64,000 nt of DNA, taken from Nemertoderma westbladi (taxonomy: Eukaryota > Animalia > Xenacoelomorpha). The notes below the pieces were generated by a model. It was not told the DNA's origin and ran no database searches. It saw only the letters and a program-made list of their open reading frames with translations. A program made the position numbers and the translations under genes. Positions within the stretch are counted from its first letter, which is position 1; every line of letters starts with the position of its first letter. This document shows positions 1-11,400 of this stretch, in pieces. Where the stretch lies: NCBI GenBank assembly GCA_032718475.1, contig JAUCBJ010000434.1, positions 55,298 through 119,297 of the forward strand, read 5' to 3'.

Positions 1-674
1 TTAAAACCAAGTTGTAGCTTGGTGTGTTGGTACCATGTGGTATTTAATTCTCCCTAAACCTTTATTTTTAGATAAATATTCAAGAATATTTGGGTAACTG
101 CTGCATGACAAACTTGTCAGACAATACATAAATTACAATGTATAATTCCCACACTATTAAATTTGTTTTTTTTCCTTGAATTGTCCCTTAATTTATAGTA
201 ATTTTGAATTGTTTTAGTAATAATGTAATTATTTCTAGCCGTATTGTATTAGACCCTATTGTAATCACTAGACGGATCCTATAGCATGTCTAATTAATTA
301 ACAGAGGACACCTTCGGGGATACTGTAGTAGGCCCTATGCCTAGAATAATAATTTTGGTCTATAATTCTGTGCTGACGGATTTATTTTGTTATGTTATTA
401 ATTTCAGCCATGTGATGATTTAACTTTGTAGTTTAGCCTACCGGCACTGTAGGTAGATATCTGTATAGTGTATTTATTGAATAGGCTTAATGGTGGAAGA
501 TTGCAATCCATCCGGTATACAGGATGTACCGTATATTAATTACACTACTGTAGGTTCTGGTATATGCCGGCCTTATTCCGGCTAGCCATTGTGATATTGG
601 GGTCTGTAGGTTGTTGAATGAAAAATCTAGTCTTTATATTAAAATAAATACAATAAATGGTATCGTATAAAATT

Positions 675-782
675 GGTATCCGGACAATTGCGATCCGGAC
701 AATTGTAACCCGGACAATTGCGACACATGATTTTAGAAAAATTTGTTGGGTCTCAATTGTCCGGGTCGCAATTGTCCTAACT
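675..782. repeat. Small foldback/MITE-like element of ~15-bp units (CCGGACAATTGCGA) in opposite orientations
   Basis: Three direct copies at 678-725 face inverted copies (CAATTGTCCGG) at ~752-780. It ends ~60 bp upstream of the receptor ATG. Confidence 0.55.
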
Positions 783-841
783 TCGGTACAAATGTGCTGT
801 GTAGCGAGCATCCTTTGAAACTGAAACTCTTCTGTCGAATA

Positions 842-1987
842 ATGTATAATTTATGGCTAAATGTTTATTCTATGTCGGTGATATTATTAATAGTCATTGT
901 ATCATCTGATTCTCCCAATAACATGAAATATCTCACAGATAAAGTGGCCAGCCCTGATTATAACAAACTTATAAGACCAGATGTAGAAGGGCCACCGATG
1001 TTAGTTAATATTAGTGTTGGCATATATTCCATAGAGAGTATCGACATATCCAAACAATCATACGAAATAGACTTATTCTTGAGAATGGAATGGATTGATA
1101 GTCGCCTCTCTTACAATCTTACCAACAAGCGAACTAGCATGATTTTCAGTGGAGCTTTTTCCGATGTCATATGGAAACCTGACTTATATTTTATCAACAC
1201 TGTTGAGATGGAGGTCTTTAAGGAGCCAATGGCCAATATATTTGTATCAGTAAGTTCTATCGGCTCCATTTACCATTCACAACGAATAAAGGCGAGGTGT
1301 AAATGCAATGTTGATTTTAAGTTTTACCCTATGGACACGCAAATGTGTCCCTTGATAATTGAAAGTTATTCATATCCTAATACTGAAGTGATTTATCAAT
1401 TTAACGAAACAAATTCTGTTCAAATATATAGTGAAGAAAGTGGTCTACTCATGAGCGAACATCAAAGCTTAACCATGGCAGATATCAGCTGGAAAACCAC
1501 ATCTACTACTTACCCCACGGGATATTTCTCTACACTTTCCATTATGATTCCATTCAGGCGTTTGTCATCAGCTTACATTGTAACAGTGTACTTCCCTTTC
1601 AACCTGGTCATTATAATTTCATGGGTTCAATTTTGGGTTGATCCGAAATCTGTGCCTGCCCGTTCTTCGCTGGCAATTATAACAATACTTACACTAACAA
1701 CTGTTGTTTTCAATACATACTCGCGCATGCCATCCGTATCCTATATACGATATATTGATATCACATTCGCATTGGGCTATGCTTACCTGTTTTGCACAGT
1801 GGTAGAATTTACTTTAGTATGTTATTTCAGCACTATTAAGAAGAAACAACTTCCTAACAATAAGTCAACTGACACTGCTGTTGATATTTCTTACAAGATT
1901 GACAAGTGGTCACGGATTTTGTTTCCATTTGTTTACATTGTTATAGTTTGCTTTAGCTTCACTCTGTATTATGTCCTTATTAAATGA
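842..1987 (+). CDS. Cys-loop ligand-gated ion channel subunit, GABA-A/glycine-receptor-like (anion-selective type), single exon
   Basis: Hydrophobic signal peptide after ATG 842 or 872. Contains YNKLIRP, IWKPDLYF, the Cys loop CNVDFKFYPMDTQMC, IESYSY, four TM helices, the M2 PAR motif (SVPARSSLAIITILT) and IDKWSRILFP before M4. The ORF-track start at 743 is a TTG inside a repeat. Confidence 0.93.
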   Translation: MYNLWLNVYSMSVILLIVIVSSDSPNNMKYLTDKVASPDYNKLIRPDVEGPPMLVNISVGIYSIESIDISKQSYEIDLFLRMEWIDSRLSYNLTNKRTSMIFSGAFSDVIWKPDLYFINTVEMEVFKEPMANIFVSVSSIGSIYHSQRIKARCKCNVDFKFYPMDTQMCPLIIESYSYPNTEVIYQFNETNSVQIYSEESGLLMSEHQSLTMADISWKTTSTTYPTGYFSTLSIMIPFRRLSSAYIVTVYFPFNLVIIISWVQFWVDPKSVPARSSLAIITILTLTTVVFNTYSRMPSVSYIRYIDITFALGYAYLFCTVVEFTLVCYFSTIKKKQLPNNKSTDTAVDISYKIDKWSRILFPFVYIVIVCFSFTLYYVLIK

Positions 1988-2152
1988 GGAAAGTCAGTGA
2001 GGCTTATCAACCAGAACCTGGAACTGAAAATATGGTGGTGGAACAGCTGCTATATATAAATAATAATATAAATATATAAATATATATGGCTTTTGTCATT
2101 TTCAACATTAGTTTGGAATGGAGTGGCGCCCATTTCGACTAAAAACAAATGT

Positions 2153-3086
2153 TTGCCACGACTAAATAATAGTCCCAGTGTGGCTCACTCATATGCCACG
2201 ACGATAGTGCCAGTGTGGCTCACTCACATGACACGACTATAGTCCCAGTGTGGCTCACTCATATGCCACGACGATAGTGCCAGTGTGGCTCACTCACATG
2301 ACACGACTATAGTCCCAGTGTGGCTCACTCATATACCACGACTATAGACCCTGTGTCGCTCACTCACATGACACGACTATAGTCCCAGTGTGGCTCACTC
2401 ATATACCACGACTATAGACCCTGTGTGGCTCACTCATATGCCACGACTATAGTCCCAGTGTGGCTCACTCATATGCCACGACTATAGTCCCAGTGTGGCT
2501 CACTCACATGACACGATTATAGTCCCAGTATGGCTCACTCACATGACACGACTATAGACCCTGTGTGGCTCACTCATATGCCACGACTATAGTCCCAGTG
2601 TGGTGTGGCTCACTCATATGCCACGACTATAGTCCCAGTGTGGCTCACTCATATACCACGACTATAGACCCTGTGTGGCTCACTCATATGCCACGACGAT
2701 AGTACCAGTGTGGCTCACTCATATGCCACAACTATAGTCCCAGTGTGGCTCACTCACATGACACGACTATAGTCCCAGTGGGGGTCACTCACATGACACG
2801 ACTATAGTCCCAGTGTGGCTCACTCATATGCCCCAACTATAGTCCCAGTGTGGCTCATTGATATGCCACGAAGATAGACCCAGGGAGGGGGCTTGCTCAT
2901 CAGCCACGACGATAGTCCCAGTGTGGCTTGCTTATATGCCACGACGATAGTCCCAGTGTGGCTCGCTTGTATGCCACGACGATAGTCCCAGTGTGGCTTG
3001 CTCATATGCCACGACGATAGTCCCAGTGTGGCTTGCTTGTATGCCACGACGATAGTCCCAGTGTGGCTCGCTTGTATGCCACTACT
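2153..3086. repeat. Tandem array of a 35-bp unit (GCCACGACTATAGTCCCAGTGTGGCTCACTCATAT), ~26 copies
   Basis: Head-to-tail copies with no unique spacers. The unit contains the palindrome GACTATAGTC. Confidence 0.95.
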
Positions 3087-3217
3087 ATTATATGAAGCGA
3101 GTTTGAAAGATGTCGTTCGCGGCGAATACATATTAAAATCAAGTTATATTGGTATACGTTAGTATATGTTAACCTCCTACCGCGTCATTAAACGGGCTAT
3201 TAACACCTCACTGTACA

Positions 3218-4245
3218 GTGTACACGCCATATTACTTCAGGACCTTAGTAGACGACAGCCTTGGAATATTTAACTTCTGGATGACGGACGCAGAATTGAA
3301 CAATGTAGAAACCGCTTTCAATACAGCTTGTAGCCACCTGTATGGCTGCAATGCTATACAATTTACATTTAATTCATCACGAAAATCGATCAATTACTTA
3401 GACATTACTATCCATATCCAAGCCAAAGGGCGTGACATTTCCACTCACCTATACCGAAAACCTATGTATAACAAACTCCCGATAGCATACGCCAGCTTCC
3501 ACCATAAACCGGCCCTTCTGGCTATTGTGAAATCCGAAGTACTTCGAATTCGGCGTTTGTCTGACTCGCATTCAGTTTTTAGGATCTACAGGCACCAATA
3601 CTTGGACAAATGTAAATTGCGTGGCTACCCCCTTAACTGCCTTCTAACTATGTACGCTTGGGACCCATCACCAGCCCTCCCGCCAATAAAACGGCATAAA
3701 ATAGTACCTGCGCCACCTAGCAAACAAATCGTGTATTTACCAACCACGCCACAATTCCTCCCCACACTCAACGCGGTTACCAGTAGGCATAACAAACGCC
3801 TTCACGCCCACGGGCTTTCGATAAAACTGTACCACGTAACGAACCTAGTTTGGGTAAATTACTTATACGCAAACGAGAACCAACCCTAGCACTTGGCAAC
3901 CACCCGTGTTGTCAATCTCGGTGTCTAACATGCCCAGTGATTAACGGCCTCTCACACACACCATGGGGAGACCGTATTCGAGGCCGGTTCAACTGTAAGT
4001 CCCATAATGTTTTATATATAATAACGTGTAATGAACACCCGACCCAGCACTACCTCGGCCAATCTGAGCAGCACCTCCACAAACGACTCAACAAGCACCG
4101 GGAGAATATCCAAGAATATCGGAAGTCCCTATCTGCCCCTCCTAACCCTAACAAACCGAACGTGGTGACCAGCAACCCAGAAGTCATCCTTCTGGAACAC
4201 TTCGCCCAGTGTCGGAAATATACTGTTACGTGCGTACAGCAATTT
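3218..4245 (+). mobile_element. Penelope-like retroelement (Neptune-like), 5'-truncated: RT C-terminus, Cys-rich linker and GIY-YIG endonuclease, interrupted by a BEL insertion
   Basis: Motifs YFRTLVDD, INYLDITI, THLYRKP, CCQSRCLTC and NVLYIITC..HYLGQS..LHKRLNKH. Frameshift near 3840-3850. Confidence 0.88.
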
Positions 4246-5476
4246 TGTTCGCGCTTTCAGACCTTTGGCAGTTTAACCCGCCAAATTAGGATGTCTGTTA
4301 GATAATAAATCACTTTAGCCGATGACAAATATTTGATTCACTACACTAGTCGAAACCAATCTGTGCGCGATCATTCACCCGCTGGATAATTCCCGGGAGA
4401 TTGGGTTCGACGGCTTAATTTTATTGCTATGTAAGCTTAATGTATTATTCGACTGACAGTATTATATAATCTCTGACAATATTATTCACCTTCGGGAATA
4501 TTAACAGTTCCTTTAGGACGTGGCGCTTTATTTATATAAACAGAGTTATGACTTAAACTACTCACAACGATATGGCTTAATTATAATTCACATATATGGC
4601 GCATTCTTTAGGAAATGCTTCGTTATCAGTATCACTCGCACACAATGCTGCACAATACTGCACACTGATCTGCCGATCTTCACTGATTTTAGTTACATAT
4701 AAAAGGAACACGGACTGACTCATGTAGGGGCTATCAAATAACATTAGATTCACTTCAAACCACTTTAACATAAGTCACAATCGTTATGTATAACCTTTCT
4801 CTCTTACCTTCAGTATATCAAGAATATTGGGTTTTCGGGGTTATTTATCGTTATTCCAAATATAATAATTCATCAACCAAATTATGAAGTACAGACAGCA
4901 AATAGCAGTATAACAATATAAAGTATGCACAGTGTTACACAGTATGCAGTGTATGCAGTACTGCAGTATGCATTGATTGCATTGAGTTAGGTTAGTCAAG
5001 ATAACGGATATATGTCCTTATGATTAAGCCTACTAGTGTACGGCTAAAACAGTAAAGCACAAAATACTTCCAAGCCGTTCTTTCTTTGGCTCAGGACTGA
5101 ATGTAAACACTGCACATAGGCATTGCGTCATTTCTCGGAAATTTTCTGTACAAGGAGCCACAAAAACGCTCTAATTGGCTGACTGAACTGAGAGACGCCG
5201 TAGAACAAAGGAAATCAACACGTATGAATGTCAGCTGTTAACCGTAGTCATAGTAACTACTGTTCAAGAGTAGCTATCACCCCTTTGCGTCACGAATTGC
5301 CATAGAATCATAAAATATGCCTTTCACAGTACACATACGGAGGAAATAGGTCTTAGATCCTCTAAAAACACCGATACAGCAATAATACGGTCTCTTACAC
5401 TTATTAAATCAACTACAGAGTATTTTAATGTAAAAGATAATAAAAATAACGGGGCAATTCAGCAAAGGCTTTTACA
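4246..5476 (-). repeat. 3' LTR of BEL element 1
   Basis: Direct repeat of 18690-19920 (offset 14444). I found only two substitutions by eye (4569/19013 and 5119/19563). Confidence 0.97.
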
Positions 5477-5484
5477 CCGCTCCC
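5477..5484 (-). other. Polypurine tract of BEL element 1 (GGGAGCGG)
   Basis: Purine-rich run on the sense strand directly abutting the TG of the 3' LTR. Confidence 0.65.
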
Positions 5485-8439
5485 AGAAAATGGGATTTTC
5501 AGTCTATAAAATATAAAAATCACAGTTTCTAAAACCTAAAGATACTCTAAACAGTTAGTCTTTCTTGCGCGGACGGCGTTTACGCAGTTTTTTAAAGCTA
5601 GCAAGAGTCCTTTTCTCTTTGGGGGGGAACCACTTTACTAGGAGGGCCATAACTCCTGGGTGAAGGGTGCAATATGATTGCATTAGAAGGTTTGGGTTTA
5701 CTGTCGGTGTCTCGTCCATTTCGATATGCTTCTCCTCGAGCTGATTTTCCTCCGCTTGTCATGGGATATGTTCGTCCAAAACTCTCGCAGAGAATAGGGT
5801 TTTCTAAGCTTGATATCTTCTTAGAGATTCGAGATTTCCCAATCGAACCGAGATAAGGCCAATTCGTTTATCGATTGGACTTACTGTTATAACTTACGTT
5901 TATCTGAACAAACGCATGTTTCCTTTTTGATCTTTATAGAATCACGTTTAACTCGTTTCGTACAAAGCTCTCCTTCACCTTGATGAAGGGTTGTATCGCG
6001 TTAAACGGGGACGACCATACGGTAGGATAGTGATATTAGGTGTCCGCATCACAATCCGGCTAGGTAAGATGGGCGGCTAGCTAGAAATCACTGTCGGAGT
6101 GTTACCGATTAATTGTTAGGGTAGCACTAGATCTTTGAACAGTGAATACAGTCCACGAGGATCCGCGACACCACCAGGATCGCAGGTCTGAGGTCCAACT
6201 AAGGAATGAGGAGGTTTGACCGAGTATTCCGGGACTCTGATCGTAGGTTTACTCCAGGATCGTTCGAGCCGAGTGAGCATAGGTGGTACGTCAAACAAGT
6301 TTCGCTCGAAACTCCAGTAAATATGACGAGCACAACTGTGTTTAACACAACGTTTCCGTGGATGTTTATGTCTTTCCGTTTATTGGCTGGATCTAGGGCA
6401 TTTATCGTAATAATACCAAAGACGCACGTCTGGTAGGGGTAACGCGGATGATATTTATTTGTTGTTACAATGCTTCTATCAAGAATTCCAAATATATGTT
6501 GGAGTTACCGCGTTTATTTGTTTCTTTAATGTCTTTTCTTTCGAGCCAATTTCGAATAGAATTTTCGCATTCGAATTTCAGTTTATGGTTCCGACTCCGC
6601 TGGGCAGGATATATAGTCGACATAGTCCGTATTGTGTAAATTGATAGAATGACCAGTAGTTAAGAAGCCCATATACGTACCATTACGCTGCGTATATGTC
6701 GCCGCGTATTAAGCTATCAACAAACGCCCGTAAAAGTAGAGTACATCGCTCCCCGATACCAAGACCATCCTCCATCAACTCCGTCATCTCTGCTATATAT
6801 GAGTTTATCCACATTATAAGGAGTTTATATCTAGGCGAGCGGGCGTCGCTGCCTACCCCAATCAACCCCCGGACAGGACGAGATCCTCAGCGCCGCTGTG
6901 TCGTCGCCGCCGTACTTTCGCCAACGACGTAGCCGCACAACGACAACGACAACCGGCACAAGTCACTCGACTGTCCGTCCCAAAGGCTTAGATGTACTTC
7001 AGGTATTCCTTGGAGAGTTAGGTTACTTTACGATTGCGACTGGCTACTGTAAACACACCTTAGCAGTAACATTCACCTATAAACTCACAAATACCACACA
7101 CACAACTTGTCACAAATTACACACATTCGGGCCATTTGTCCGTTAGTCAATGCCTTCCAGAATGTCACTGTATTATTATGTATCCTTGGATACTAGTAGT
7201 GCGCTATTTATTCCCTATGCTATTCAATGGTACAAGCTTTCTATTGTTCTTTTAACTCAATTCTAATTCTAGCGTGGTTGTTGCTATGGTGACATTATGC
7301 AAAGCTAGCGGTAGAATTAGAGTAATTCCAATGCATACAGATCTGGGATGTTATTTAATAGTATTCTTTAATAGTCAATGTTCTGTTTTATACATGACTT
7401 TATGAATTTTATCGGCTATTGACTATGTTTGGGAGACTTTCACACTCTCATACGCATGATAAGATAAATCTCCGCTCCCTTGATCTATTAATTAATGGAA
7501 TTTTGGGAACTTTATAAATTGCGTAAAATGGCAATTTATTAAATTCATTAAAAGGCATGAATTTAAATTTATTCCCTGAAATTTTATTATTTGATAATTA
7601 AATGGACATATTTTGATTCTAGAACATGTCTAGGGACACAAGATCCTTAATTCTATGACAATTGTCTTTTTTAAGAATATCGGTAAATGCTACGATATCT
7701 TAATTGACTAGAATTGTTGAAGGATCTGAATTTTACAGATTTTGATTTATTAGATTTGCAAATATTAAATAATTAATATTTGAGATGGGCACCGATTTAT
7801 TCCAGAACTTGTCTGGGGACGTTAACCACTGATTCTAGAATTTGTCTTTCAAGTATATCGGTGGGTGCCGCGATATCTTAATCGACTAGAATTACAGAAG
7901 GTCAAAGGGTTTAACAGATTTATTCTGCGTTATACGCTACTGTTAAAGGGACATCACGCTACTATATGTATTATTTAATATACGGTATGAGAGCAATATC
8001 GCACGAAGCAATGTCAGTGTGAAGAGGCAAGTCGTTTCCAAGGTCTACCCAGAGCTTGGTTTAGCCGAGACACGAGGATCTGAACTTTGCATTCCTAATA
8101 CTCTGCCTACCAATAATACTTAAATATAGTAGTGGCTTTATTGTACTTTTAATAAGTACGAACATTTCATCTTACTGTAGTTACGTATTTATAATATAAT
8201 ACGGACAGTAAGGAAAGAGAAAAATAATTATTTCTTCGCCGTCTCACTAAATATAATATAAGGAATTACGTACGTAATAAACACGAATATATTGCACTAT
8301 TCTACAAAATAATCGCTAAATAATATTCTACTAAATTAAATAAAACGATTATAATAAAATTACATAGTAATACATACATAAATATAAAAATAATAAAATA
8401 ATATAAAATAATAGAGTCACACGCCCACTCCGAACGATA

Positions 8440-11400
8440 TTAAGTTGGGGAGTCCCTAGATGTCGGTTGGATTAGAGAAGTGGTCGTGGGAAGAGTTTCT
8501 TGCCTTCCATAGTTTCCGGAGAGTTCTCTGTCTCTTTCCAGTAAACATAAACGTCCCACTGGGCGATTGAGCTGTTGAGTCTCAAAGACTATCCCTGGTT
8601 TCTTAAAGTTCCGCCGCATGACGACGAGCTCTACTGATCGCACCAAACCATCGCTCGAGATATAAGTCTCGATGATACGTCCTGTTTGCCATCGCTTACG
8701 TGGGAGATCGGGGTCCACAATAAGCACCATGTCTCCAGCGCTGACGTTTTCTTGCTGCGCAAACCACTTAGTTCGAAGTTGTAGAGTGGGCAGGTAATGT
8801 TTCTCGAAATGGTCAGCGAAACGACGGGATAGCAACTGCATAAGTTGCCAGGTTCGACGGCAGTACTCGTCTCCGTCTGTGATCTCCGATCGTGGGAGCA
8901 TGGCTACGGGTTTCTTCAGTAGAAAGTGCGCGGGTGTTAGCGCTTCCAGGGAATCAGGATTTGAAGAGACTGGCATAAGCGGTCTTTCGTTGAGATAGGC
9001 GGCGATTTCCTCCATTAACGTCCGCAATAGTTCGTCGGTGAGATAAGCGCGACAAGGCACAATAAAGTGGAACGCAGTCTTCACGCTCCTAATCAATCTC
9101 TCCCAACTTCCTCCCCACCAAGGGGCGTCGGCGGCGTTGAAGGTCCAGCTAGACGCTGTTATCCTTAGCTGATCGTCCACCTGTCTTTTGTTCCAGTCCT
9201 TTACGTAAGCTTGAATTTCGTTGTTGGCGCCAATGAAGTTCGTTCCCTTATCCGATCTCATCGTGTTACTGGTTCCGAAGCGAGCGATCTGTCGTCGTAA
9301 ACTCAACACGAAGCTGTTGGTGGATAGATCGTTTACCATATCGAGATGGATAGCTCTACAAGTCATACAAACGAAGATGACACACCATCTCTTGACTATA
9401 GTCCGGGCACGATATACTTCAATAGGGCCAAATAAATCCACACCGGTATTAGTAAAGGGTGGTTCATAGAAGCTTACTCTTTCCCTAGGTAATTCTGCCT
9501 CTCGCTGTGTTAAAGGCCTACTGAATGCTTTCTTACAGGGTATGCAGTTCCTAAGAACTTGGTTCAGAGCCCTACGGGGTTTATAAAAATAGTAGCGAGT
9601 TCGAATTTCGCTCAGAACTCGTTCTCTTCCAGCATGGTACAGTTTGCTATGGACATCTACAATCATCTTGATTTGTATATCAAGATTTCTAATGAGTATG
9701 GGAAACTTAGTGTCAAAGGATAATGGGGCGTTGGTCAGCCTACCTCCAACACGTATTAACCCATCTATCATGGTACTAGAGAAGCGATCCCTTAAGCGCA
9801 TCTGCGGATTTCTTAACAACAGGAAATACTTATCGGAATCCTCATAGCATTGTAGGAGTCTCAGCATCTGTTTGTTGGTTTCATCATGCTCCTGGTAACT
9901 GATCTTCTCCTTTAGAAACCTGTTGGATACCTTGTATTGGGGAAGATCTTTAACAACATGGACTCGTGCAGATGTTGATGGAGCATCATCACTATGGGTC
10001 TTTGTCCCGGAGTAACGATGATGAAAACATCGTTTTAAATAGGTGACGGCTTTACAGAGCCGATTCCAGGAACTGTAGTGACGTATCGCTCTCTGCAAGA
10101 GAGGTGAGAGTCCTTGCGCGATATCTGGTATTCCAGATTTCCAATCCTTGTCACGGATTTCCAAGACTTCTTTCGTCGTGGCGGTGGGTTTCTGATCCAA
10201 AGCATCATCTCCGGAAGTAAATAATACAGATAGATCAACCGCAGGTTTAAACAACTTCGATTTACTCGCTCGAGTTTTGGGTTTAACTTTCTCCGCTCCC
10301 TTGGCCTGTCTGATCTCTGCTGTTGTGAGATGAGGAGGCCATTCTTCTTCTTCTCTGTAGAGAAAGTCGGGTCCTCCTAACCATTCGGGAGTATTTACCA
10401 ATTCCTTTGGAGTCGCTCCTCGGGACGCGATGTCTGCTGGATTAATCATTCCGGGGCAATGTCTCCATTGGTCCATCGTCGTGCGACTAAGTATGATGGC
10501 TACCCTGTTGGTAACGAAGACGCTGAACTGACAGACTTCATTGGTTATATACTCTAACACGAGTAAAGCGTCGGTCCAATAGACAGTTTTCTCTAATGTA
10601 TAGTCAATCTGTTCGGTTACATTCCGGCCGATGGCTGTAGCGTATAGAGCCGCTTTTAACTCCGCTCGAGGAACTTTCAACTTGTTGTTGATTAATGCCT
10701 TAGAAGTAACCAAGGCGACTTTGATTCCATCCGGAGTTTCCACTCTTAGGTAGGCTACTATACCGATTCCCATATCGCTGGCGTCTCCAAACACATGGAG
10801 TTGATAGGAATACGTAGGGAGAACATGACCAAAATATGAACGGGAAATTATAAAATCCTCGATCGCTGGCAGCGAATCTTCCCACTTCATCCACTGCTTC
10901 AATAATTCCCCCTTAAGTGGATCGTCCCATGAGTGGTTTTCAAGCCACATTTGTTGTACCAAACTACGAGCAATCAATATAACTGGGCTAATAAATCCCA
11001 ATGGATCGAAATAAGTGCTCAGTATACTTAAGCAAATCCGTTTGGTTCGAACAGGATTATCTCGCTGTTTTAGTTGGAAAAACAGGATATCTCTCTCTGT
11101 GTCCCATTTCAAGCCGAGTGTCTTGGTTTCTGGCAGATCATCTTTGATCAAATCGAGATCTTTCGCTCCGCGATCTTCCGCAGGAATCGACTCCAGAAAC
11201 TCACGGGAGTTGCTGGTGAATTTTGTTAATCGAAACCCACCTCTTTTTAAGCACTCTACCGTTCCCTTAGCGACCTCAATGGCTTCCTCAACTGATGGAA
11301 GGGACTTCAGATTGTCGTCCATGTATATGTCTCTCTTGATGTTGTCGATCACTTCCTTAGAGAAGGCCTCTCTGTTGTCCTCTGCAGTAGTACGCACTAC

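Noticed and set aside
743-841. N-terminal extension of the receptor ORF from TTG 743
   Set aside because: Non-ATG start inside a foldback repeat. The signal peptide fits ATG 842 or 872.
2153-3086. CRISPR-like array (35-bp palindromic repeat)
   Set aside because: Units are contiguous with no unique spacers, no cas genes are present, and the context is eukaryotic.
4315-4360. CCGATGA...GAAAC hammerhead-like motif in the BEL1 LTR
   Set aside because: Non-canonical core and the stem II closing pair does not form.
4520-4771. Short ORFs duplicated at 18964-19215
   Set aside because: They lie in the LTRs, so duplication reflects the LTR pair. No recognisable domain.
5485-8439. env gene downstream of BEL pol
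   Set aside because: No long ORF, signal peptide or transmembrane anchor was found on the element strand.
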